From Acidobacteriota bacterium (lineage in GTDB: Bacteria > Acidobacteriota > Vicinamibacteria > Vicinamibacterales > UBA8438), in NCBI GenBank assembly GCA_026706755.1, contig JAPOYG010000346.1:1-50174 (forward strand): DNA of 50,174 nt, in the 5' to 3' direction. The notes under the pieces are model-generated. The model was given only the letters and a program-made list of their open reading frames with translations. It was not told the origin of the DNA and searched no databases. Numbering within the stretch: position 1 is the stretch's first letter; every line of letters begins with the position of its first letter. The translations under genes were made by a program, and so were the position numbers. Of this stretch, positions 44,101 to 50,174 are shown in pieces.

Positions 44101-44867
44101 CCGTGGAGCTCCTCATCGCCGGCGCGGTCCGCCAGGCCGTGGGCCTGGACAGCCACCGCGACCTGCCTGCGCCGGGCGTCATCGGCCTGGAGGAGGTGCT
44201 CCAGGGAATCCCCACCCTGCACCCCCCGCTGGCGCGCGAGCCCAGCGTTGCGTTCCGGATCCGCGCGGACGACTTCATGGCGATGGTGGCCGACGACATC
44301 CGCCTGGCCCAGGGGCTGTTCCGGCTGCTGCTCGGCACCGCTGCCGGACGCCGCAACGGCCGCCCCGCGCACCTGCCGGCCGTCGAGTTGCCCAGCTCCG
44401 AGCTGCAGCCCTTCGACAAGGCGATGCTCGTCCGCCAGCACCCGCTGCTGTCGCGCGCCGCGGTGGGCGACCTGCTGGCGCTGATCGGTGCGGGGCGGGA
44501 GCTCTCGCTCTGGGAGGGGGAAACGCTGTTTCGCGACGACGACGCGGCGTCGTTCTGCCTCGTCCTCGACGGCATCGTGCAGCTCGAATCCGACGGCGAC
44601 GGGCCGCTGGTCGTGGGGCCGGGCGGGATGATGCTCGTCGCCGAGACGCTCGCGGGCGCGCTCGCCGGCTGCTGCGGCACGGCGGTGCGGGCGTGCCGCG
44701 TGCTGCGCGCGGAGCGCGACGACCTGTTCGCCGTGCTGTCGGAACGCACGACCCTGTTGCAGGACGTCTTCAGCGGCATCTTCGCCGCCGAGGTCCCGGC
44801 CGCGGCGGGGAAGGCCGGCGGCGCGCCGGGCGATGCCCCGGGGCCCGCGCATGAGGCGCGCACCTAG
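41139..44867 (+). CDS. fusion protein: TLC (ATP/ADP-translocase-like) MFS transporter, HEAT repeats and two cyclic-nucleotide-binding domains
   Basis: The N-terminal ~420 aa are polytopic, with SYNIVKPITRAQF and LISQFWTLANDIFDARQAKRLFGFIGGGASLGGAVG (the TLC-family FW..AN...AKR..G.GA..G pattern). The middle has HEAT-like repeats (AVRVRALRALAS, DVEVRAAALMTLAAL, NVEVALEAIGSA, NVWVRRNIPGILARV). The C-terminus has two cNMP-like modules (about 43960-44300: RIPIFEFVSVDELFRVIESGQEVHYAAGQ; about 44400-44780: HPLLSRAAVGDLLALIGAGRELSLWEGETLFRDDD). Confidence 0.8.
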   Translation: MRTLFSRVLNSVASVRSEETTPALLMFAYSFLAMTSYNIVKPITRAQFIEDLGADNLPYVLFAAGVSIGVIMHFYTNAVRRVPRQHVVPVTQAAIVVILVAFWALLRTGAVWATIGFYLFGLILGILLISQFWTLANDIFDARQAKRLFGFIGGGASLGGAVGATITATVVEAVGLEQLLLVSALVLAGCAGIVLLVLRRHHVDDAAFDAYERGVGGQEAIRLVTESRPLRILALAVGFAAAGAAVVDQQLSMAADEMGGGSGAAIAAFLAEVTAYLSIAGFVVQVALISRIHRTVGIGFALLLLPLGFSASAAVILGTGALWAVAGARVLGTTLRYTLDKTTREVLFLPLSAELRHRVKPFIDVTMDRFAKAVTALVLLVLIQPWGLGLDWRLLSYATLAITGLWVVVAIRARQEYLRSFRESIDTQAITPEAVMTPAAEAATVETLVEELSNPDETSVLYAIDMLEAMDKPHLITPLLLRHESGAVRVRALRALASGRSRVAERWKGTVERMTRDDDVEVRAAALMTLAALDHRDAAAVMPDHLDVPEPRVVVAAAAALARSTAEADVERAESTLRRLIDDTRATAVEGRKETARALSRIDNPRFRVLLVPLLHDHNVEVALEAIGSARELGASDGLFLPALFSRLGHRVLRHAAREALVACGEEIVPALRYALENPHENVWVRRNIPGILARVPSQAAVDALVGSFGTPDGFLRYKIIAALERLRRDHDDLVVPRAEVEELLMRQSAVYCNVLTLRHNLLSQTEGPHDSVLERALRERLDRILDRIFRLLGVLHEVADVIAARHAIERGNPKRRARAVEYLDNLLRANARKRILPLIDESPPEAKVDHANHVLGTRPRNLEDTLAQLIHDDNPVVAASAVHYVAGREPLLPQLIDDIEWVSRHRAATHPRVSAAADWVLSARDPARAPAGSGRDGLPVVELADRLGRIPIFEFVSVDELFRVIESGQEVHYAAGQAVGVEGATEAVELLIAGAVRQAVGLDSHRDLPAPGVIGLEEVLQGIPTLHPPLAREPSVAFRIRADDFMAMVADDIRLAQGLFRLLLGTAAGRRNGRPAHLPAVELPSSELQPFDKAMLVRQHPLLSRAAVGDLLALIGAGRELSLWEGETLFRDDDAASFCLVLDGIVQLESDGDGPLVVGPGGMMLVAETLAGALAGCCGTAVRACRVLRAERDDLFAVLSERTTLLQDVFSGIFAAEVPAAAGKAGGAPGDAPGPAHEART

Positions 44868-44898
44868 GAGTCTGCGCCGTAGAACGGCGCGGACTCCT
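44866..44898 (+). repeat. REP-like palindrome abutting the stop codon of the TLC-HEAT-cNMP gene
   Basis: The sequence is T AGGAGTCTGCGCC-GTAGAAC-GGCGCGGACTCCT, a 13-bp stem with one G-U position. It starts inside the TAG stop codon (44865-44867). The transcript sequence is identical, apart from C/U at one position, to the element at 2879-2911 read on its gene strand. Confidence 0.7.
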
Positions 44899-44911
44899 GG
44901 AGGGTTGGTTG

Positions 44912-44952
44912 GGCACCAGGCGGAGCCGTCAAGGCGACGAATGGTGGGCTAG
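44912..44952 (+). repeat. ~40-nt conserved leader motif, copy B (upstream of the PI4K-like gene)
   Basis: GGCACCAGGCGGAGCCGTCAAGGCGACGAATGGTGGGCTAG matches 23685-23724 at about 36 of 41 positions. It ends 62 nt before ATG 45014. Confidence 0.6.
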
Positions 44953-45013
44953 GGTCTGCGCCGCGGGAACCGGGTCCGGAGTCGTCTCTCGCGTTGGCTC
45001 AGGGAGGCCGTAC

Positions 45014-45838
45014 ATGCGAAAGCCGCGTTACCCCCTCGCAGTTGCTGCCGCCGTCGTGGTGGCCGTCGTCTCCGGCGTCGCGCCGCTCGCCCAGGACGCG
45101 GCTCCTCCTCTCTCGCCGGAGGCGATGGAGGAGTTCCTGCTCCACGCCGATCTGTCGGACCTCGACCGCGTCGACGTCGGCGTGACCGGCTCCCGGCGCG
45201 CGAGCGCCTCCGACGGGCGGATCACGCACGACGTCCACATCCAGACGGTCGATATCCAGCGCGACACGTTCGTCGCGGCCGGGGCGCGGGTGGAGCTCAA
45301 CTTCCGCGATTCCTACCGCTACAACATCGGCGCCTATCGCCTGGCCGTGCTCCTGGGCATGGACAACGTGCCGATGTCCGTCCCGCGGAGGGTCAACGGC
45401 GACCCGGCCGCCGTCACCTGGTGGGTCGACGACGTGGCCATGACCGAGCGGGACCGGATCGAGCAGCGCGCGTTCCCCCCGAATCCGCAGGACGCCTACT
45501 CGCAGTTCTACACGATGTACGCCTTCGACGAGCTGATCCAGAACCGGGACCGCAACCCCGGCAACTCCCTCTGGACGACGGACTGGAAGCTGTGGCTCAT
45601 CGACCACACGCGGGCGTTCCGGCCCGACGTCGAGATCTCGGAGCCGGAGCGCCTGACCCGCATCAGTCGCAGCCTGCTGGAGGGCATGCGCGCGCTGACG
45701 CCGGAGTCGCTCGAGGACGCGATGGACGACATCCTCACGCGCCAGGAGCGGGAACGGGTCCTGGCGCGCCGCGATCTCCTGGTGGAGCACTTCGATGCCC
45801 GGATCTCGCGCATTGGCGACGCCGTCCTCATCGACTGA
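45014..45838 (+). CDS. signal-peptide protein with PI3/PI4-kinase-like (type II PI4K-like) catalytic motifs
   Basis: ORF 44909-45838 trimmed to ATG 45014 (AGGGAGG upstream), with a signal-like N-terminus (YPLAVAAAVVVAVVSGVAPLAQ). FDELIQNRDRNPGNSLW and WLIDHTRAF recall the N.DR...N.L catalytic loop and the ID....F segment of type II PI4K-fold kinases. This assignment is tentative. Confidence 0.6.
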   Translation: MRKPRYPLAVAAAVVVAVVSGVAPLAQDAAPPLSPEAMEEFLLHADLSDLDRVDVGVTGSRRASASDGRITHDVHIQTVDIQRDTFVAAGARVELNFRDSYRYNIGAYRLAVLLGMDNVPMSVPRRVNGDPAAVTWWVDDVAMTERDRIEQRAFPPNPQDAYSQFYTMYAFDELIQNRDRNPGNSLWTTDWKLWLIDHTRAFRPDVEISEPERLTRISRSLLEGMRALTPESLEDAMDDILTRQERERVLARRDLLVEHFDARISRIGDAVLID

Positions 45839-46526
45839 GCCCTTGACCGACGAGCCCCATCTCGAGACGCTCGAGCTCGAGCCGCCCGGTCCCGCGGACG
45901 CGTCCGTCATCTGGATGCACGGGCTGGGTGCGGATGCGAACGACTTCTACGGCCTCGCGCCGCAGCTCGGGCTGCCGGCGGAGCTCCGCGTCCGCTTCGT
46001 CTTCCCCAACGCCCCCCGCATCCCGGTGACGATCAACGGCGGCCTGATCATGCGCGCCTGGTACGACGTGCTCGGGTTCGATGCGCGCGACCAGGACGAG
46101 AAGCGGATCCGGCAATCGGCCGGATGGATCGACGAGCTCGTGGCGCGGGAGGCCGATCGCGGGGTGCCGGCGCGTCGCGTCGTGCTCGCGGGCTTCTCGC
46201 AGGGAGGCGCGATGGCGCTCTTCGGCGGCCTGCGGCACCCCGAGGCGCTGGCCGGCCTGATGTGCCTGTCCGCCTTCCTGCCGCTGCCCGACACGCTGGA
46301 GGCAGAGGCCTCGGCCGCGAATCGAGCCGTCCCCATCTTCCAGGCCCATGGCACCGCGGATCCCATGGTCTCGGCGGACCTGGGCCGCCGCAGTCGGGAC
46401 CTCCTGTCCACGGCCGGATACGCGGTCGACTACCGCGAGTACCCGATGGCGCACGAGGTCTGCTTCGACGAGGTGCGCGACATCGGCGCCTGGCTGAGCG
46501 GCGTGCTGGCCGGTCAGGACCCTTGA
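45795..46526 (+). CDS. alpha/beta-hydrolase carboxylesterase/phospholipase family protein
   Basis: It has VIWMHGLGADANDF, VFPNAPRIPVTINGGLIMRAWYD, the nucleophile elbow GFSQGGAMAL, and HGTADPMV and H in YPMAHEV. ATG 45795 would overlap the upstream gene by 44 nt, and TTG 45843 is an alternative start. Confidence 0.8.
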   Translation: MPGSRALATPSSSTEPLTDEPHLETLELEPPGPADASVIWMHGLGADANDFYGLAPQLGLPAELRVRFVFPNAPRIPVTINGGLIMRAWYDVLGFDARDQDEKRIRQSAGWIDELVAREADRGVPARRVVLAGFSQGGAMALFGGLRHPEALAGLMCLSAFLPLPDTLEAEASAANRAVPIFQAHGTADPMVSADLGRRSRDLLSTAGYAVDYREYPMAHEVCFDEVRDIGAWLSGVLAGQDP

Positions 46527-46604
46527 TCGTCCGAATGGAACAGTCTTCGCAGCCACGAGGCGACAGCACGAGCTTCAGCGACATTGGCTTGAGGGAGCGC
46601 TCCG

Positions 46605-47615
46605 ATGAGGGATCGATGTCTCGCGCCGCTCGCGGCCGCCACGGTCATCGCGCTCGTGGCGCTGACGCCCACGCTCGCTGCAGCACAGTCGACGAGCGCC
46701 GCGGCGCCGCCCCGCACGCCGTGGGGGCATCCCGACCTGCAGGGGGTCTGGGATTTCAGCACCATCACGCCGCTCGAACGGCCGGACGAGCTGGCCGGGA
46801 AGGAGTTCTGGACGGAGGAGGAGGCGGCCGATCTCGAGCAGCAGGCCCTCGACCGCATCGAGCGCGATGCGCAGCCGAGCGTCGTCAGAACGGAGCCCCT
46901 GCCGGTCACCGGGAGCGTGGGGGCCGTCAACCTCTTCTGGTTCGGCCCGAACTCGGACGTCGTCGAGAGCCGGCGAACGTCACTGGTCATCGACCCGCCG
47001 GACGGCAAGATCCCCTGGACGCCGGAGGGGATGGAAAGAAGCCACGCGCGCGCGGCCAGGAACGAACGCCTCGCCCACGGCCCGGAGGACCGCACCATAG
47101 CCGAGCGTTGCATCCTCGGGTTCAACTCCGGACCGCCCATCGTTCCCCTGGGTTACAACCAGAACGTCCAGCTCTTCCAGACTCCCGACCACGTGGTCAT
47201 CCTGACCGAGATGGTCCACGACGCGCGCATCGTCCCGCTCGATGGGCGTCCGCACATCGCGGAGGACGTCCGGCAGTGGAGGGGCGACTCGCGCGCCCGC
47301 TGGGAGGGCGACACGCTGGTCGTCGAGACCGCGAACTTCTACCTCGAGACCTGGATGCGGGGATCGAGCCCGAACATGCGCCTGGTCGAGCGCTTCCGCC
47401 GCGCCGACGCCGACACGCTGCTGTACGAGTTCACGGTCACGGATCCGACCACGTGGACGAGCCCGTGGACGGCGCAGGTCTCCATGCGGAAGATCGAGGA
47501 TCCCATCTTCGAGTACGCGTGCCACGAGGGCAATCTCGGCCTCCTGAACATCCTCGTCGTCGCGCGGGCCGAAGAGCGGGCCGCTGCGGAAGCCGCCGAT
47601 CCTGGAGCCCGATAG
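46605..47615 (+). CDS. secreted hypothetical protein
   Basis: It has a GAGGGAG RBS and a signal peptide (LAAATVIALVALTPTLAAAQS). The composition is protein-like, with WGHPDLQGVWDF, PPDGKIPWTPEG, RCILGFNSGPP and FEYACHEGN. No family name recalled. Confidence 0.7.
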   Translation: MRDRCLAPLAAATVIALVALTPTLAAAQSTSAAAPPRTPWGHPDLQGVWDFSTITPLERPDELAGKEFWTEEEAADLEQQALDRIERDAQPSVVRTEPLPVTGSVGAVNLFWFGPNSDVVESRRTSLVIDPPDGKIPWTPEGMERSHARAARNERLAHGPEDRTIAERCILGFNSGPPIVPLGYNQNVQLFQTPDHVVILTEMVHDARIVPLDGRPHIAEDVRQWRGDSRARWEGDTLVVETANFYLETWMRGSSPNMRLVERFRRADADTLLYEFTVTDPTTWTSPWTAQVSMRKIEDPIFEYACHEGNLGLLNILVVARAEERAAAEAADPGAR

Positions 47616-47770
47616 GTCGGCTCGTGTGACGCTGCCGTCAACGTGAGCTGCGGCGGGAGCCGATCGAGGCCGACCGCTGCATGCCGACTTCTATCTGCCG
47701 AGCCCGGGCCCTGTCGTGCGTGCCCGACCGTACCCGCTCGCCCGTCACCCGGGTGAACGGCGGGCCGACG

Positions 47771-48679
47771 TTACCGGGTCTCTGATTCGTCGTAGATCAG
47801 TTGGACGAAGGCTCCCAGCAGGGGCCCGCCGAGCGAGAAGTCGTCCATGTTCGCCGGAGGCTCGTAGGCGTCGGCGACCTCCTCGGCGGGCGTCCCCGCC
47901 TCCATGCCGGCGAGCGCGTACTCCTTCAGATGCCGGTGGAACTCGGTATAGCGGACGAGATCGTCGAAGGGATAGGCGTCGAAGTGTCCCGAGATCACGG
48001 TGTCGACGTCGAGCTCGGCCGTGGCGGTGGCGAGCGTGTCGCCGAATCCCAGCGCGCTGCCGCCGTTCGCGGTGTCGACGAACGGCACGCCCTTGTGGGA
48101 GAACAGGTCGCCCGTCAATGCGACGCGGAGGGCGGGCAGCACTATCCAGGCATCCCCATCGGTATGGCCGGGTCCGAAGTGGTAGAGGTCGATCCGTTCG
48201 CTGCCGACGGTGAGCGTACGCCGGTCGTCGAAGGTGACGTTGGGGAGGTACTGCGCGTTGTCGCCCTTGAAGGCGTCGCAGTTGGTTACCGGCGCGCAGG
48301 TCGCCTGCATGAGGCTCTCCCGGGCGTTGGCGTGCGTCACGATACGCTCGACGGCGCCGAACTCGGCGTTGCTGCCGGTGTGGTCGAAGTGCGTATGCGT
48401 GTTGATGATCATCGCGAGGGGCTGGTCCGTCACCGACCGGAGCTGGTCGAGGATGGCCTGCCCCTGCCCGGCGACCTTCGTGTCGACCATGACCACGCCG
48501 GCGTCCGTGATGTAGAACGTCGAGTTGCCGCACGCGCACCCGCCGTGCAGGACGTAGAGGTTGTCCTCGATCCTCTCGAGGTCCATGGGAGGCCCGGCGT
48601 CCTGGGCGACAGGGGCCGCGATCAGGATCGACACCGCGCCGCTCACCAGCAACGCCAGCAAGACGCAAGCTCTGCGCAT
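47771..48679 (-). CDS. secreted MBL-fold metallo-hydrolase
   Basis: ORF 47771-48718 trimmed to the ATG at 48679 (GGAGGG upstream), with a signal peptide. It has the INTHTHFDHTGSN (HxHxDH) motif, a later GPGHTDGD and FSHKG. Confidence 0.85.
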   Translation of the reverse strand: MRRACVLLALLVSGAVSILIAAPVAQDAGPPMDLERIEDNLYVLHGGCACGNSTFYITDAGVVMVDTKVAGQGQAILDQLRSVTDQPLAMIINTHTHFDHTGSNAEFGAVERIVTHANARESLMQATCAPVTNCDAFKGDNAQYLPNVTFDDRRTLTVGSERIDLYHFGPGHTDGDAWIVLPALRVALTGDLFSHKGVPFVDTANGGSALGFGDTLATATAELDVDTVISGHFDAYPFDDLVRYTEFHRHLKEYALAGMEAGTPAEEVADAYEPPANMDDFSLGGPLLGAFVQLIYDESETR

Positions 48680-48867
48680 GATTCCCTCCAGGTGCCGCGT
48701 CGAGCGCAACTGCGACACTATACCCTTCCGCCCCAGTTACCCCGACAGAATTCGAACGGCCGCGCGCCACTTACAGTGCGGCATGCCTTTCCACCCTCTA
48801 CTGGTGATTGGCACGTCGACCGACCGATACGGCTCGATGACCGTTGAGCCTTCGAGCGCTCGAAGCG

Positions 48868-50174
48868 TCAGCGGCGGGGCCCGTACAGGGGCGCCGCGAC
48901 ACCGACCTCCAGCGCTCCGAGATCCGGGGCGCCGCCCGTGAAGCCGTCGGTCACCGTCGGCAGCACCATCCCGCGGTCGACCGCCGCGGAGCCGGGACGC
49001 AGCCGGAAGTCGAGATCGTTGGCGTCGTAGACGTTCTGCAGCGCGCTCACGTCCCGCGCGTCGAGGGCGGGCACGTCGACGAACACGTCGTAGCCCACCT
49101 GCACGCTGTTCCGGTCCTGCCCGGTCGCTGCGCTGTAGGCCTCGAGCGTCGCGAACTCGCGCAGCTCGAGGGCCGGGGTATGGCCGGGGGCCCGGAAGTC
49201 GGCCGCCACGTCGAACGGCGGGCTCTCCCAGCGGAACGGAAGCGGCGTGTCCGGCGCGGGGCCGAAGCCGTTGTAGTCGGACGAGGTGTAGTTGGTGAAC
49301 GTCGCGATCCCGAACAGGTTCGGACGCAGTCCGCGAAAGTCGGGCGGCGCGTTCTGCCCGAGGATCAGGTTGTTCCGCCAGTGCGTGTTCGAAAGCGTCC
49401 CCGTGGTCTCCGACAGGATGGTGTTGTTGTAGAAGACGACCCCGGCGGCCCCGAAGAAGCGGCTCGAACCGCCCGGCAGGTTGTAGGCGATGTTCCGGAT
49501 CCAGTAGACGGGCCCGCCGAGCACGGGCTGGCTGCAGAACGCGGCCGACGGGTGGTTGATGAACAGGTTCCGCAGCACCCGCACGTTGTGCAGGCTCCCG
49601 TCGGTCTCGATCGGGTTGTCGTGGGAGTTGGTGATGTAGTTGTTGTAGAAGTCGATCGCCACCGGACGCCGGTCCCGGTACTCGCGGGGCGGGTAGCGGG
49701 GCCCGTCGGGCGCTCCCGGTGCGGACGCCACGCTGCCGTCCGGGTTCCCGTAGGTCTCCACGTTGATGCCGTCGTGGAAGTCGGCAATGTAGTTGTGGGC
49801 CACTACGTGCCCGGGCCCATAAACCTTCACCGCCACGTAGGAAGCCATGACCGGGGGATGGACCTGACCGTCGACGCCGTCGAAGCGTCCCCACAGGGGC
49901 GCGTCGCTCCAGCCGATCAGGCGGTCCGGATCGTGCCGGCCGTGGAACCGGTTGTCGGCGATGTAGAAGTTGCTCGACCCGGAGTAGCTGGTGAAGACCC
50001 CGACCCCGACGTTCTCGAAACGGCTGTGCTTGACGGTGAGCCCCTTCGAGCCCGCAATGGACTGCTCGCCGGCCCAGATGGCGAACTCCGTGTTGCGGAA
50101 CGTGATGCCCTCGAAGTAGGTATGGTCGGCCGCCATGACGTTGAAGAGGGCGAAGTTGCCGTTGCCGTCGAAGA
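48868..50174 (-). CDS. right-handed parallel beta-helix repeat protein (5-prime end outside window)
   Basis: It has repeated N.I....(H)DGI/N..IE units (NYIADFHDGINVE, NYITNSHDNPIETDG, RNLFINH). The reading frame stays open upstream of the listed Met (..FDGNGNFALFNVMAADH) to the window edge. Confidence 0.75.
   Translation of the reverse strand, partial: FDGNGNFALFNVMAADHTYFEGITFRNTEFAIWAGEQSIAGSKGLTVKHSRFENVGVGVFTSYSGSSNFYIADNRFHGRHDPDRLIGWSDAPLWGRFDGVDGQVHPPVMASYVAVKVYGPGHVVAHNYIADFHDGINVETYGNPDGSVASAPGAPDGPRYPPREYRDRRPVAIDFYNNYITNSHDNPIETDGSLHNVRVLRNLFINHPSAAFCSQPVLGGPVYWIRNIAYNLPGGSSRFFGAAGVVFYNNTILSETTGTLSNTHWRNNLILGQNAPPDFRGLRPNLFGIATFTNYTSSDYNGFGPAPDTPLPFRWESPPFDVAADFRAPGHTPALELREFATLEAYSAATGQDRNSVQVGYDVFVDVPALDARDVSALQNVYDANDLDFRLRPGSAAVDRGMVLPTVTDGFTGGAPDLGALEVGVAAPLYGPRR

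Noticed and set aside
34562-44852. Long minus-strand ORFs 34562-37642, 38435-41131 and 41091-44852, and the out-of-frame plus ORF 41705-44854
   Set aside because: They run antisense or out of frame to czcA, the PAS-PP2C gene, the DUF839 gene and the TLC-HEAT-cNMP gene. They have no motifs and show artefact composition.
48717-48745. TATAGT -10-like hexamer (minus strand, 48722-48717) upstream of the MBL hydrolase gene
   Set aside because: No acceptable -35 lies at 16-19 nt (TCGGGG / GTCGGG / TGTCGG). A lone hexamer is not sufficient support.

Overview
This is a very GC-rich bacterial chromosomal segment. I recognised no rRNA, tRNA, CRISPR array, transposase or integrase. About 33 protein genes can be supported. 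Most of the very long ORFs in the six-frame track are Arg/Pro/Gly/Ala-rich antisense or out-of-frame artefacts of the GC bias.

Layout:
- 0-5.7 kb: thrB, an orphan FetB-type permease, and a minus-strand set of WYL regulator, TolB-like beta-propeller and zinc-ribbon PspC protein.
- 5.9-14.0 kb: two small paralogous Arg-rich CxxC...CxRC ORFs, directly followed by an AddB-like Fe-S nuclease and an AddA-like UvrD helicase-nuclease.
- 14-18.5 kb: envelope genes (Gly/Tyr-rich exported protein, glutaminyl cyclase, beta-barrel OMP, lipoprotein).
- 18.7-47.6 kb: an unbroken 29-kb run of plus-strand genes.
  - It opens with a MoxR/DUF58/BatA-type cluster, expanded with two DUF4159 proteins, a vWA/GATase1-like membrane protein, a Cys-less legumain/caspase-fold homolog and a ~1180-aa DUF4175-like protein.
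  - Next come czcCBA, a third DUF4159 paralog, a PAS-PP2C phosphatase and a Tat-exported DUF839/PhoX-like protein.
  - It ends with a 1242-aa TLC-transporter/HEAT/2x cNMP-binding fusion, a signal-peptide protein with PI4K-like motifs, a carboxylesterase and a secreted hypothetical protein.
- 47.7-50.2 kb: an MBL hydrolase and a beta-helix protein (truncated by the window end), both on the minus strand.

Non-coding structure: there is a family of near-identical palindromes that start at the stop codon (TAGGAGTCYGCGCC-loop-GGCGCGGACTCCT), with degenerate relatives and a 3-copy tandem array. A ~40-nt motif is also shared by two 5-prime leaders.

Best candidates for undescribed biology: (1) the expanded MoxR/vWA/DUF4159/clan-CD envelope cluster; (2) the WYL regulator, twin zinc-ribbon mini-protein and AddAB-like locus; (3) the stop-codon-anchored repeat family; (4) the TLC-HEAT-cNMP fusion. 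All family assignments come from reading motifs by eye. No database search was run.
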